Assembly (NCBI GenBank): GCA_031402355.1
Contig: JANNSG010000085.1
Location: forward strand, 6,027 to 70,026
Length of the DNA stretch: 64,000 bases
Origin: Pseudorhodobacter sp.
GTDB taxonomy: Bacteria; Pseudomonadota; Alphaproteobacteria; Rhodobacterales; Rhodobacteraceae
Direction: 5' to 3'
Shown here: positions 26,521-36,656 of the stretch, in pieces
Layout of the letters: each line of letters opens with the position of its first letter
Position numbering within the stretch: the first letter of the stretch is position 1
Position numbers and translations under genes: made by a program
The notes under the pieces: generated by a model
The model's input: the letters and a program-made list of their open reading frames with translations, nothing else
Told to the model about the DNA's origin: nothing
Database searches by the model: none

Positions 26521-27444
26521 ATGCCAAAGACAATTCTGATCGGCGCACCGATTGATAGCGGACAGCAGCGGGCGGGTTGCCTGATGGGGCCAGCGGCCTA
26601 CCGGGTGGCGGGGATTGCTGCGGCGATTCGCGACCAGGGGCACTCGGTTGAGGATTGGGGTGATCTGGCATTGGGGGATTTGCCGAAAGTCACCTGCGCC
26701 AACCCGGTTGTGCATTCGCTGGCGGAAACGGTTGGCTGGACCGAAGCGCTGATGGACCGCGTGGATGACGCGCTGTCGGGTGGTGGTTTTCCGATCATTC
26801 TGGGCGGCGATCATTCGCTGGCGCTGGGGTCGGTTGCCGGGGCTGCGGCCTATGCGGCGCGGCAGGGGCGGCCTTTGTACCTGATCTGGCTCGACGCGCA
26901 TTCCGATTTCCACACAGCCCTGACCACCACATCGGGCAATCTGCATGGCACGCCGTTGGCCTATATCGCAGGGCGGGATGGCTTTGATGCCTTTCCGGCC
27001 TTTCCCGCCCCCATTCGGGCGGACCGGATTTGCCTTTATGGCATTCGGTCCGTTGATCCAGCGGAACATGCGGCTTTGCTGCAGCACGATATTGCCATCA
27101 ACGACATGCGCCTTTTGGATGAACGCGGCATCGTGGCGCCCTTGCGTGAGTTTCTGGCAGCCGTGCGGGCCGATGGCGGCATGCTGCATGTATCGTTGGA
27201 CGTGGATTTTCTGGACCCGTTCATCGCCCCGGCGGTTGGCACTACGGTGCCCGGCGGCATCACATTCCGTGAGGCGCATCTGGTGATGGAACTGCTGCAT
27301 GAAAGTGGCCTCGTCACATCGCTTGATCTGGTGGAATTGAACCCGTTTCTGGACGAACGCGGGAAAACCGCGCAATTGATGGTCGATCTGGTTGGATCAC
27401 TGATGGGCAAGAAGGTGTTTGACCGCCCAACAAGGAGCTCTTGA
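26521..27444 (+). CDS. rocF: Arginase
   Basis: Mn-binding motifs GGDHSLALG, DAHSDF and SLDVDFLDP. AGGGGA SD before 26521. Confidence 0.85.
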   Translation: MPKTILIGAPIDSGQQRAGCLMGPAAYRVAGIAAAIRDQGHSVEDWGDLALGDLPKVTCANPVVHSLAETVGWTEALMDRVDDALSGGGFPIILGGDHSLALGSVAGAAAYAARQGRPLYLIWLDAHSDFHTALTTTSGNLHGTPLAYIAGRDGFDAFPAFPAPIRADRICLYGIRSVDPAEHAALLQHDIAINDMRLLDERGIVAPLREFLAAVRADGGMLHVSLDVDFLDPFIAPAVGTTVPGGITFREAHLVMELLHESGLVTSLDLVELNPFLDERGKTAQLMVDLVGSLMGKKVFDRPTRSS

Positions 27445-27446
27445 TC

Positions 27447-28481
27447 ATGGCATTGAACCTTGTGCCTTTTGTCAGCGTAGACAATATGATGAAGCTGGTT
27501 CTTCACCTTGGGGTCGAACGTGTGCTTCGCGATCTGGCGGAGGAAATTGAAGACGATTTCCGCCGTTGGCCGCTGTTTGACAAAACCCCGCGCGTGGCCA
27601 GCCATTCCGATGTCGGTGTTATTGAACTTATGCCCACATCCGACGGCGAGACCTATGGCTTCAAATATGTGAACGGGCATCCGTCGAACACCAAGGCGGG
27701 ATTGCAGACGGTGACGGCATTTGGCCTGCTGGCCGATGTGGCAACTGGGTACCCTGTGCTGCTGTCTGAAATGACGATTCTGACCGCACTGCGCACGGCG
27801 GCGACATCTGCGTTGGCGGCGAAATGGCTGGCGCCAAAGGGCGCGCAGGTGATGGCCTTGATTGGCAATGGGGCGCAGGCAGAATTTCAAGCGCTGGGGT
27901 TCAAGGCGATCTGTGGAATTGCCGAAGTGCGGCTGTATGATATTGACGCGGATGCCACGCGGAAATGTGTTTCCAATCTAGCAGGTTACGGGTTGAAGCT
28001 TGTGTCTTGCACAACCCCAGAAGAAGCGATTTTGGGGGCAGATATCATCACTACGGTTACCGCTGATAAACAGTATGCGACGATATTGACCGATAACATG
28101 GTCGGCGCGGGTGTGCATATCAATGGCGTCGGCGGCGATTGCCCGGGTAAGACGGAACTCCACCGCGATATCTTGCTGCGATCAGAAATTTTCGTGGAAT
28201 ATCCGCCACAAACGCGGGTAGAGGGAGAGATACAGCAACTTGCCCCTGATCATCCAGTGACCGAGCTTTGGCAAGTCATTACCGGGGCAGTGCCAGGCCG
28301 CACCGATACGCGCCAGATCACACTGTTTGATTCGGTGGGCTTTGCGGTAGAAGACTTTAGCGCCCTTCGCTATGTGCTTCATAAGGTTAAGGAAACCGGG
28401 CTTTACGACAATCTGGACATGATCGCAGACCCGGACGATCCGCGCGATTTGTTTGGGATGCTGCTGAGGGCTGCGAAATAG
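27447..28481 (+). CDS. ocd: Ornithine cyclodeaminase
   Basis: Mu-crystallin/OCD family, with NAD motif IGNGAQAEFQ and N-terminal VSHSDVGVIELMP-type region. AAGGAG SD 9 nt before the ATG at 27447. Confidence 0.85.
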   Translation: MALNLVPFVSVDNMMKLVLHLGVERVLRDLAEEIEDDFRRWPLFDKTPRVASHSDVGVIELMPTSDGETYGFKYVNGHPSNTKAGLQTVTAFGLLADVATGYPVLLSEMTILTALRTAATSALAAKWLAPKGAQVMALIGNGAQAEFQALGFKAICGIAEVRLYDIDADATRKCVSNLAGYGLKLVSCTTPEEAILGADIITTVTADKQYATILTDNMVGAGVHINGVGGDCPGKTELHRDILLRSEIFVEYPPQTRVEGEIQQLAPDHPVTELWQVITGAVPGRTDTRQITLFDSVGFAVEDFSALRYVLHKVKETGLYDNLDMIADPDDPRDLFGMLLRAAK

Positions 28482-28492
28482 AGGCCCAGACG

Positions 28493-28513
28493 GGGGTGCA
28501 GGCATTGCACCCC
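28493..28513 (+). terminator. Hairpin after ocd
   Basis: GGGGTGCA-ggcat-TGCACCCC, with no clear T tract. Confidence 0.4.
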
Positions 28514-28578
28514 ATATGCAGGATGCGCTATACTGAAACCAGCTAAATCTAGCGGTTTCCCAGAAAAGAGCGCGTGTT

Positions 28579-31302
28579 TTGTCCGACGAGCCAGAAGATA
28601 TTGAGAACGCAGACGAAATTCCTGTGCGCGCGCACCATGATGGCCCGCAGGTAAACATCGTTGATGAGATGAAAACGGCCTATCTCGATTACGCGATGAG
28701 CGTGATTGTCAGCCGCGCTATTCCCGACCTGCGTGATGGCTTGAAACCGGTGCACCGCCGCATTTTGTTTGCGATGCATGAGGTCGGCAACACGCCCGAC
28801 AAGCCTTACCGCAAATCTTCGCGTCCCGTGGCCGATACGATGGGCAAATATCACCCACATGGCGATAGCGCGATTTACGACGCGCTGGTGCGGATGGCGC
28901 AGCCCTTTTCGATGTCTTTGGTGCTGCTGGATGGGCAGGGCAATTTCGGGTCGATGGACGGCGATCCTGCGGCGGCGTTTCGTTATACCGAAGTGCGGAT
29001 GGACAAGCCGGCGTTGTTCTTGCTGGCAGATATCGACAAGGATACCGTTGATTATCAAGACAATTATGATGGCAAAGACCGCGAGCCTACGGTTTTGCCC
29101 GCGCGCTACCCCAATATGCTGGTCAATGGGGCCGAAGGTATTGCGGTGGGCATGGCCACGCGCATTCCGCCACATAACCTTGGCGAAGTGATCGACGGCG
29201 CGCTGGCGATGATCGATAACCCCGATATTTCGACTGAGGCGTTGATGGAGATTATTCCCGCCCCGGATTTCCCGACCGGGGCCACGATCCTGGGGCGGTC
29301 AGGGGCGCGCAAGGCCTATCTGGAGGGCCGGGGTTCGGTGATTATCCGTGCAAAGACGCATATGGAGGAAATCCGCAAAGACCGCTGGGCCATCGTTGTG
29401 GACGAGATGCCCTATCAGGTGAACAAGGCGCGGATGATTGAAACGATCGCGGATCTTGTGCGGGAAAAGCGGCTGGAAGGCATAGCGCATATTCAGGACG
29501 AATCTGACCGGATTGGCGTGCGGGTAGTGATTGAACTGAAGCGCGACGCGACGGCAGATGTGGTCTTGAACCAATTGTTCCGGTTCACGCCGCTGCAAAC
29601 CAGCTTTGCCTGCAATATGCTGGCGCTGAACGGGGGGCGGCCTGAAACGCTTACCCTGCGCAATTTTCTGTATTATTTCATTGTGTTCCGCGAAGAAGTT
29701 GTCGCAAGGCGCACGGCGTTTGAACTGCGCAAAGCGCGCGAACGCAGCCATATCCTGTGCGGTTTGGCGGTGGCAGTGTCCAACGTGGATGAAGTGGTAG
29801 CAACCATCAGGTCCTCTGCCGATCCGGCAGAGGCGCGCGAGCGGTTGATGACGCGGCGCTGGCCTGCGGGCGAAATCATTCCGTTTATCAAGCTGATAGA
29901 CGATCCAAGTCATCCGGTGAACGAAGACGGCACTTACAATCTGTCGGAAATTCAGGCGCGGGCGATCCTTGAACTGCGCTTGCAGCGGTTGACGGCGTTG
30001 GGGGTGAAGGAAATCACCGACGAATTGCTGGAACTGGCCGGTAAGATACAGGATTATCTGGATATTCTGGGCTCACGCGACCGGATCATGGCAATTATTT
30101 CCGATGAACTCCGCGAAGTGCGGGCGCTGTTCGCGGTGCCGCGCAGGACCGAAATTGTTGACTGGTCCGGCGACATGGAAGACGAAGATCTGATCGAGCG
30201 CGAGGATATGGTGGTGACCATCACCTCTGGCGGCTACATCAAGCGCACGCCATTGGCGGAGTTCCGTAGCCAACGGCGCGGCGGCAAGGGTCTGGCGTCA
30301 ATGGCCACCAAGGAAGATGATGTTGTGACCACGTTGTTTGTGGCCAATACGCATACCCAGCTGTTGTTCTTCACTACGGATGGCATGGTTTACAAACTGA
30401 AAACATGGCGGCTGCCGCTTGCGGGACGGCAAGCCAAGGGCAAGGCGATGATCAACATTCTGCCGATAGAGCAAGGCGTTTCTATTGCCGCGCTGATGCC
30501 GGTGGATGCACCCGAGGAAGACTGGGATAACCTGCAGATTGTGTTTGCCACATCGGACGGTGATGTGCGCCAGAACGATCTGTCAGATTTCACCAATGTC
30601 ATGCGCAACGGCAAGATTGCGATGAAATTGCCGGACGGGGTGACGCTGGTGAATGCAGCAATTGCTGATGAAAATGATGATGTTATGCTGGTAACCTCAA
30701 GTGGGCGGGCAATCCGTTTTCCGACCACTGAAATTCGCGTGTTCAAAAGCCGGGGGTCAACCGGAGTGCGCGGAATCAGGCTGCAAGGGGCGGATAAGGT
30801 GGTGTCGATGGCGATCATCCGGCATTTCGAGGCAGAGCCGGCAGAGCGTGTGGCCTATCTGAAGATGCGGCGCGCGCAGGAAGGCGTGCTTGATGATGCG
30901 GCCGAGGCAGATGAGGATGACGACAGCGTGGAGGCGGGCCAGTTGCCGCTGGAACGCTTTGCCGAAATGTCGGCGATTGAGGATTTGATCCTGACCATCA
31001 CCGCAGCGGGCGCTGGCAAGCTGTCGTCCAGCCATGATTATCCGGTGCGGGGCCGTGGGGGCATGGGTGTCAAGGCGATGGACGGCGCCATGCGGGGCGG
31101 GCCGTTGGTGGCCAGTTTCCCGGTGGAATTGACCGATCAGATCATGCTGGCCACGTCGACCGGGCAATCCATCCGGGTGCCGGTGGAGCAGATCTCATTC
31201 CGGTCGCGGTCGGCGGGCGGGGTCAAGGTGTTCAACACGGGTGGTGACGAGGAAGTGGTGTCGGTTGCGAGAATTGCAGATCAGGGAGATGAGGAGGCTT
31301 AA
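28579..31302 (+). CDS. gyrA: DNA gyrase subunit A
   Basis: [25 protein letters not shown] and [20 protein letters not shown] (QRDR region), with C-terminal beta-pinwheel repeats. TTG start. Confidence 0.95.
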   Translation: MSDEPEDIENADEIPVRAHHDGPQVNIVDEMKTAYLDYAMSVIVSRAIPDLRDGLKPVHRRILFAMHEVGNTPDKPYRKSSRPVADTMGKYHPHGDSAIYDALVRMAQPFSMSLVLLDGQGNFGSMDGDPAAAFRYTEVRMDKPALFLLADIDKDTVDYQDNYDGKDREPTVLPARYPNMLVNGAEGIAVGMATRIPPHNLGEVIDGALAMIDNPDISTEALMEIIPAPDFPTGATILGRSGARKAYLEGRGSVIIRAKTHMEEIRKDRWAIVVDEMPYQVNKARMIETIADLVREKRLEGIAHIQDESDRIGVRVVIELKRDATADVVLNQLFRFTPLQTSFACNMLALNGGRPETLTLRNFLYYFIVFREEVVARRTAFELRKARERSHILCGLAVAVSNVDEVVATIRSSADPAEARERLMTRRWPAGEIIPFIKLIDDPSHPVNEDGTYNLSEIQARAILELRLQRLTALGVKEITDELLELAGKIQDYLDILGSRDRIMAIISDELREVRALFAVPRRTEIVDWSGDMEDEDLIEREDMVVTITSGGYIKRTPLAEFRSQRRGGKGLASMATKEDDVVTTLFVANTHTQLLFFTTDGMVYKLKTWRLPLAGRQAKGKAMINILPIEQGVSIAALMPVDAPEEDWDNLQIVFATSDGDVRQNDLSDFTNVMRNGKIAMKLPDGVTLVNAAIADENDDVMLVTSSGRAIRFPTTEIRVFKSRGSTGVRGIRLQGADKVVSMAIIRHFEAEPAERVAYLKMRRAQEGVLDDAAEADEDDDSVEAGQLPLERFAEMSAIEDLILTITAAGAGKLSSSHDYPVRGRGGMGVKAMDGAMRGGPLVASFPVELTDQIMLATSTGQSIRVPVEQISFRSRSAGGVKVFNTGGDEEVVSVARIADQGDEEA

Positions 31303-31310
31303 GTGTTTGC

Positions 31311-31655
31311 ATGGCATTTACTGACGATGATCTGGACCTGCAATCGCGCACCCGCGAGGCCTTGTTGCGATCAGGAAAGCCTATATCTTATGGGGCTTTA
31401 GCGCGGGCACTTGATGTGCCGTTGCCGGGCGCGATAGCGAAGGTCGCGGCAGCACTGGAGGCCTTGATGCGTCAGGACATGACCGACGACAAACCGTTTG
31501 TCGCGGCACTGTGCGAAGGCAAATTGTCGGACGGCTTGCCCGCACTTGGCTTTTTTCAGATGGCCGCTGAATTGGGCCGCTACACCGGCCCCGCGACCGG
31601 CCCGGAAGCCAAAGCTTTCGTAGACGAGCAACGCCGGTTGCTGCTGCTGCGTTAA
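31311..31655 (+). CDS. Hypothetical protein (114 aa), possible winged-helix fold
   Basis: Starts 8 nt after the gyrA stop. The segment ISYGALARALDVPLPGAIAKVAAAL resembles the HTH of MGMT/Atl-like domains, but no PCHR motif is present. Confidence 0.5.
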   Translation: MAFTDDDLDLQSRTREALLRSGKPISYGALARALDVPLPGAIAKVAAALEALMRQDMTDDKPFVAALCEGKLSDGLPALGFFQMAAELGRYTGPATGPEAKAFVDEQRRLLLLR

Positions 31656-31794
31656 CCGATTCACCAATTAACCCATTGTTATATCAAAGCTTTATTTACC
31701 CACCCGGATTTGCGATAGCAAGGCCGGGCGATGCTGGGTTGCATAGCCTGAGGTGTGTTCAACCTCAATGTGTAACAAATTGTATGGGTGTTTC

Positions 31795-32559
31795 ATGTTT
31801 TCAAAATTTGCAATTCTCGCTGTCGCGGCTGCGTTGGCTGTGCAATCCGGCCCTTCCGCCGCAGACAGCCTGGGCTTTCGCTTTGCCGATGTGATGATCG
31901 GCGGGCAATCGACGCAAGGCGATCTGCAAAGCACGGTGAGGGCAACCGCAGATTTTGCCATCACCCAAAACCATGGCCTGCAACTGGACCTGGGTGTTGT
32001 GGGATATGGGTCGGACTATCTGGGTCAGATCGACGGCCATCTTTACATGGCACCCAATGAAACCGCGAAATACGGGCTTTATTTCAGCCTGGCCGACATG
32101 AACGGGCGCGAGGCGACAATCGGCACTGTCGGCGTTGAGGCGATGTTTGCGCTTTCGGACAGCACCACACTGCATGGCCGTGCGGGGCTGGGCATGTCGA
32201 TGCCGGGCAATGCCGAATTCATCACCGCGTCGGCAGGGTTGGCGCAAGCAATCGGCGATCAGGTGGCCTTGCTTGCCGATGTGACGGTTACCGAATTTGA
32301 TGAAGCGTCCTTTAGCGCTGTCGGATCGTCCATCCGGCTGGGGATCAGCTATCAGCCCCAAGCGCGGCCCTGGGAGATCTATGCTGGTCTGACGCGCGAT
32401 GGACTGACCGGCCGTGACGCCGCCGGGTTTGAAACCCGTGCAGAACTGGGCTTTACCCTGCATCTGGGTGCCGGAGGCGGTGCCAAGCGCAGCCTTGCCA
32501 CGCGCGGATTTGTCAGCCCGCAACCGCTTGATCCGCTTTTGCGGCGCGGTTTGTTCTAG
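31795..32559 (+). CDS. Outer-membrane beta-barrel protein
   Basis: Signal peptide MFSKFAILAVAAALAVQSGPSAA, alternating hydrophobic beta-strand pattern and a C-terminal aromatic residue (ends ...RRGLF). Confidence 0.6.
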   Translation: MFSKFAILAVAAALAVQSGPSAADSLGFRFADVMIGGQSTQGDLQSTVRATADFAITQNHGLQLDLGVVGYGSDYLGQIDGHLYMAPNETAKYGLYFSLADMNGREATIGTVGVEAMFALSDSTTLHGRAGLGMSMPGNAEFITASAGLAQAIGDQVALLADVTVTEFDEASFSAVGSSIRLGISYQPQARPWEIYAGLTRDGLTGRDAAGFETRAELGFTLHLGAGGGAKRSLATRGFVSPQPLDPLLRRGLF

Positions 32560-32710
32560 ACCTGGGCTATCCCTGAGCTATCAAACTGGCTGCGGGGATT
32601 GTGCGTTGATGCAGGGAAACCCTGCGGCTGTAAGTGTTCTACAGCAAGTCAATCCGGGCTATCATGAACGGGCCCCCGGCAAGAGGGGTTTTGGGAAACG
32701 AGACCACATC

Positions 32711-33085
32711 ATGGATCAACTGACAAAATACGCGCCGCTGATTGCCCGCATCTTTCTGGGCGCAATGTTCATTCCCGCCGGCCTGATGAAAATGGGCGAT
32801 GTTGCCGGATTTGCCGGTTACATGTCCTCTGGTGGGGTACCTGGTATCCTTGCCTGGCCGGCGATTCTGTTCGAACTGGCCTTGGGGGCTTCGATGCTTC
32901 TAGGCTTCAAGGCACGGCCAATGGCCCTGCTGGGCGCGGGGTTTTGTGTGTTGACGGCACTGCTGTACCATTTTGTGCCTGCTGATCAGATACAGATGAC
33001 CATGGCCTTCAAGAACTTTGCAATTGCGGGCGGCTTCTTGATGATATTTGCCCATGGGGCCGGGGCAGTCGCGCTGGACAAGTAG
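32711..33085 (+). CDS. DoxX family membrane protein
   Basis: 124 aa with four TM segments. LIARIFLGAMFIPAGLMK is typical of DoxX. Confidence 0.7.
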   Translation: MDQLTKYAPLIARIFLGAMFIPAGLMKMGDVAGFAGYMSSGGVPGILAWPAILFELALGASMLLGFKARPMALLGAGFCVLTALLYHFVPADQIQMTMAFKNFAIAGGFLMIFAHGAGAVALDK

Positions 33086-33154
33086 GCTGTGGCGGTGGGG
33101 GCCATCCCCCACCCTGCCCTTCCCTTTGCAGCAAAAACGCCCTACATCGCGGGG

Positions 33155-34507
33155 ATGAGCGACACTCTTCATATCGTCGGCGGCGGCATGGCCGGATCAG
33201 AAGCTGCATGGCAAGCGGCGAACATGGGTATCACTGTGGTGATCCACGAAATGCGGCCTGCTGTTGGCACTTTCGCCCACCGCACCGGGCATTTCGCGGA
33301 AATGGTCTGTTCGAATTCGTTCCGGTCCGATGATGACGAACGCAATGCCGTGGGTTTGCTGCATTGGGAAATGCGGGCAGCCGGTGGCCTGATCATGGAA
33401 ATGGCGGAGGCTCACAAACTGCCTGCAGGCGGTGCGCTGGCGGTGGACCGTGATCCCTTTGCCGCTGCAGTCACCGAACGTTTGTTGGCGCATCCGTTGA
33501 TTTCTGTTTCTTATGAAGAAGTTACCTCCCTTCCCTCAAGTGGATCGTGGATCATCGCGACCGGGCCTTTGACATCGGGGGCTTTGGCAGAGGCGATCAA
33601 GCTTGAGACCGGGGCAGAGGCATTGGCGTTTTTCGATGCAATCGCACCGATTGTTTATGCGGACACGGTGGATATGTCAGTGGCGTGGATGCAGTCACGC
33701 TATGACAAGGGCGAAACGGCGGAAGAACAGACCGCCTACATGAACTGCCCGATGACCAAGGATCAGTATTATGCCTTCATTGATGCGCTTTTGGCGGCAG
33801 AGAAGACCGAATTTCATGAGGGCGAAACGGCGGGATATTTCGATGGCTGCCTACCGATTGAGGTGATGGCAGAACGAGGCCGTGAAACGCTGCGTTTTGG
33901 ACCAATGAAACCGGTTGGGTTGACGGATGCCCATGGCGGGCCAAAGCCCTATGCGGTGGTGCAGTTGCGCCGGGACAACAAGCTGGGCACGCTTTACAAT
34001 ATGGTCGGCTTTCAGACCAAGATGAAGTATGGCGCGCAAACTGCTGTTTTCAAAATGATACCAGGGTTGCAGGATGCAAATTTTGCGCGTCTTGGCGGTA
34101 TTCATCGCAACACATTCCTGAATTCGCCCACTGTGCTGGATGATCAGATGCGGTTGACGTCGCGCCCAAATATTCGCTTTGCGGGGCAAGTGACCGGCGT
34201 TGAAGGCTATGTTGAAAGCGCCGCCATGGGGTTGCTCGCGGGGCGGATGGCCGCTGCGGAGCTGCTGGGAGGTGTCTTGCCCGCGCCCCCACCGGATACT
34301 GCGATGGGCGCGCTGATCACGCATATCACCGGCGGCGCAGAGGCGAAGACGTTTCAGCCGATGAACGTGAACTTCGGGCTGTTTCCGCCGATCGAGGCCA
34401 AAGGCGGACGAAAAGGGCGCAAAGACCGCTACAAAGCCTATACCGACCGGGCGAAAGAAGCGTTTGGTGGGTGGCTTGCACAGCAGGCAGCGACGGATGC
34501 GGCCTGA
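33155..34507 (+). CDS. trmFO: Methylenetetrahydrofolate--tRNA-(uracil54-C5)-methyltransferase
   Basis: FAD motif [14 protein letters not shown] and [14 protein letters not shown]. Start trimmed to [11 protein letters not shown]. Confidence 0.9.
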   Translation: MSDTLHIVGGGMAGSEAAWQAANMGITVVIHEMRPAVGTFAHRTGHFAEMVCSNSFRSDDDERNAVGLLHWEMRAAGGLIMEMAEAHKLPAGGALAVDRDPFAAAVTERLLAHPLISVSYEEVTSLPSSGSWIIATGPLTSGALAEAIKLETGAEALAFFDAIAPIVYADTVDMSVAWMQSRYDKGETAEEQTAYMNCPMTKDQYYAFIDALLAAEKTEFHEGETAGYFDGCLPIEVMAERGRETLRFGPMKPVGLTDAHGGPKPYAVVQLRRDNKLGTLYNMVGFQTKMKYGAQTAVFKMIPGLQDANFARLGGIHRNTFLNSPTVLDDQMRLTSRPNIRFAGQVTGVEGYVESAAMGLLAGRMAAAELLGGVLPAPPPDTAMGALITHITGGAEAKTFQPMNVNFGLFPPIEAKGGRKGRKDRYKAYTDRAKEAFGGWLAQQAATDAA

Positions 34508-35360
34508 CTACCGCACCCGATTTGCCCCTTCGCCAACCGGGCCGTTGCATCTGGGGCATGCTTATTCAGCGCTGGTGGCCGAAGATCGGGCACGCCGTTC
34601 AAGTGGCGCGTTCCTTTTGCGCATCGAAGATACCGATACCGCCCGCTGCCGCCCCGAATATGAAGCGGCGATCCATGACATCCTGGGCTGGTTGGGCTTG
34701 CGCTGGCAGCCCCCGGTCCTGCGACAGTCCGATCATCTGGCAAGATACCGGGCCGCTTTGGGCACCTTGATCGACGCAGGTCTATGCTACCCTTGCGCAT
34801 GCAGCCGCAGTGATATCCGCGCGGCTTTCAGCGCACCGCAAGAAAGTGCCGGGCATTTCGGGCCTGATGACCCGATCTATCCGGGCACATGCCGGGGCCG
34901 GGGAATGGCGGGTATGACCGGCGGCCATGCGGTACGGCTGGATATTGCAAAGGCGATAGCCCTGCTTGGCGATGTGGGGCAATTGACGGTGACGGAAACC
35001 GGCCCTGACCGGGCGGGCGTCTGGCCGTTGCGGCGGGGTGAACTGATCGACCAGATCGGTGATGTGGTTTTGGCGCGGCGCGATACCGGTATTGCCGCCT
35101 ATCATCTGGCAGTTGTTGTGGATGATGCAGCGCAGGGCATCACCGAAGTGGTTCGGGGCGCGGATATTTTCGAGGCCACAAAACTGCACCGCTTGTTGCA
35201 GGCGCTGCTGAAGTTGCCTGTGCCAGACTATCATCATCATTCCCTGATCCGAGATGATCAGGGCAAGCGGTTGGCAAAGCGTGATGATGCGCGGGCGTTG
35301 TCGAAATTCCGGGCCGATGGGGCAACGCCTGAGGATATTCGGCGGCTGGTGGGGCTGTAG
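34497..35360 (+). CDS. gluQ: tRNA glutamyl-Q(34) synthetase
   Basis: [19 protein letters not shown] (HIGH motif) in a truncated GluRS-like catalytic domain of 287 aa. KRLAKRD is KMSKS-like. 11-nt overlap with trmFO. Confidence 0.85.
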   Translation: MRPDYRTRFAPSPTGPLHLGHAYSALVAEDRARRSSGAFLLRIEDTDTARCRPEYEAAIHDILGWLGLRWQPPVLRQSDHLARYRAALGTLIDAGLCYPCACSRSDIRAAFSAPQESAGHFGPDDPIYPGTCRGRGMAGMTGGHAVRLDIAKAIALLGDVGQLTVTETGPDRAGVWPLRRGELIDQIGDVVLARRDTGIAAYHLAVVVDDAAQGITEVVRGADIFEATKLHRLLQALLKLPVPDYHHHSLIRDDQGKRLAKRDDARALSKFRADGATPEDIRRLVGL

Positions 35361-35412
35361 GCGAAAATCCTTCTGAAAGATTTTTACAAGAGTTTTCTGA
35401 AAACTTTTGGTG

Positions 35413-35790
35413 TCACGCGATTGGCGATAACAATTCCACGTCACGCCCATTGCGAACTGCAGTGTAAAAGCAGGATTTCCGGTTGGTGTGGCAGGCGGGA
35501 CCGACCTGTTCGACCATTACCAAAAGGCAATCGCGATCACAGTCGATGCGAAGATCGATCAGCCGTTGGCTGTGGCCGGATGTCTCGCCTTTGACCCAGA
35601 ACGCTTTGCGGGACCGCGACCAATAGGTCACCTTGCCGGAGGTCAGGGTCAGCGCGACGGCATCAGCATTCATCCAGGCAAACATCAACACATCACCCGT
35701 GACATGATCCTGCGCAATCACCGGGATCAGGCCATTTGCGTCATAGCGCAGCGATGCGGGGTCGAAAACCATGGACAGCGTCCTTTTCAA
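35413..35790 (-). CDS. hisI: Phosphoribosyl-AMP cyclohydrolase
   Basis: GLIPVIAQD...WSRSR...WVKGETSGH...DCDRD...CHTNRKSCFY. Alternative start at 35772. Confidence 0.9.
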   Translation of the reverse strand: MKRTLSMVFDPASLRYDANGLIPVIAQDHVTGDVLMFAWMNADAVALTLTSGKVTYWSRSRKAFWVKGETSGHSQRLIDLRIDCDRDCLLVMVEQVGPACHTNRKSCFYTAVRNGRDVELLSPIA

Positions 35791-35862
35791 ATGCGTGTTG
35801 TCGGCCTATCTAATGTGCGCATGCGCCTGAGGAAAGCCCCAAGCAAAGCTCTGAGGAAAGCC

Positions 35863-36312
35863 ATGAGCGATACCGATCTGATCAAACTCTATTCCGGCCA
35901 GATACTCGCCCTGGCGGCAAATATCCCGCATTTGGGGCGACTTGCCGCACCGGCGGCCAGTTCGAAGCGCCGCTCGCCGCTGTGTGGGTCGGTGGTGACG
36001 GTCGATATTGTGGTGCGGGACGGGCGGATTGCTGAATTTGCGCAAGATGTGAAGGCCTGCGCGCTAGGACAGGCGGCTGCAGCGATTGTCGGGGGCGGCG
36101 TGATCGGGCGCAACCGGGCCGAGATAGAGCAGGCACGCGATGCTGTGGCGGCGATGCTGAAATCGGGTGGCCCCACGCCAGCGGCACCCTTCGGCGGCTT
36201 TGAGGTTTTGCTGCCTGCCCGCGAATACAAGAACCGGCATGCCTCGATTTTGCTGGCTATTGAAGCAACAGCCGACGCAATGGCGCAAGCAGAACGGCCC
36301 GACCAGCCCTAA
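35863..36312 (+). CDS. IscU/NifU N-terminal-like scaffold homologue (third Cys replaced)
   Basis: SPLCGS and KACALGQAA align to IscU Cys37 and Cys63. NRHASILLAIEA aligns to HCSILAEDA with Ala in place of Cys106. AGGAAAG SD. Confidence 0.7.
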   Translation: MSDTDLIKLYSGQILALAANIPHLGRLAAPAASSKRRSPLCGSVVTVDIVVRDGRIAEFAQDVKACALGQAAAAIVGGGVIGRNRAEIEQARDAVAAMLKSGGPTPAAPFGGFEVLLPAREYKNRHASILLAIEATADAMAQAERPDQP

Positions 36313-36347
36313 AAAAACCGCCGCACGCCCGTTGGGGGCGGCGGCGG
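36311..36347 (-). terminator. Intrinsic terminator for the minus-strand small ORF transcript
   Basis: On the minus strand, CCGCCGC...GCGGCGG stem followed by TTTTTTT (plus-strand A7 at 36311..36317). Confidence 0.7.
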
Positions 36348-36452
36348 CAAGTCGCGTATCACAAGGCACGGGCACGCGAAGCGGGGCAGCTTCGCAGAGG
36401 ACATTCTGGGGAAAATGCCGCCCATGCCGGACCGCAGGCAGAACAGTGAACC

Positions 36453-36575
36453 CTACGCAGAGCCTGACAAATAAAGGCCCGCAACAAGCAGCGAAAACAA
36501 CGACAGCACACCGATGGAATCTTCGATCACCGTTTCACGAGACCGGATCAGGATATCTTTGATTTCTGTCAACAT
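36453..36575 (-). CDS. Unlisted small ORF, a 40-aa hydrophobic peptide (MLTEIKDILIRSRETVIEDSIGVLSLFSLLVAGLYLSGSA)
   Basis: Hand-translated. GAGGAG SD 6 nt upstream of the ATG, a C-terminal TM helix and a dedicated terminator. An SOS-box-bearing AT-rich tract lies upstream. Below the size cutoff of the ORF track. Confidence 0.55.
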   Translation of the reverse strand: MLTEIKDILIRSRETVIEDSIGVLSLFSLLVAGLYLSGSA

Positions 36576-36631
36576 GGTCTGCTCCTCTGCCTTGTTGCTG
36601 TATTGTTCTCATAAAATTAACCATTTGAAAA

Positions 36632-36656
36632 GAACTTTATAAGAACATTTGAGAAC
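36632..36656 (-). promoter_or_regulatory. Candidate LexA (SOS) box, GTTC-N7-GTTC with a third GTTC at N6
   Basis: Plus strand reads GAACtttataaGAACatttgaGAAC. The first pair (36632..36646) is a perfect match to the alphaproteobacterial direct-repeat SOS box. It lies 57 to 81 nt upstream of the small ORF ATG. Confidence 0.55.

Noticed and set aside
31791-31815. Similarity of GTTTCATGTTTTCAAAATTTGC to the repeat-family core
   Set aside because: The stretch is the start codon and signal-peptide coding region of the outer-membrane protein gene. The match is partial and probably coincidental.
36617-36624. TTAACCAT CtrA-type 8-mer in the small-ORF promoter tract
   Set aside because: It is a single half-site in a roughly 22% GC context, where such AT-rich 8-mers arise easily by chance. 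It is mentioned in the finding but not called as a feature.
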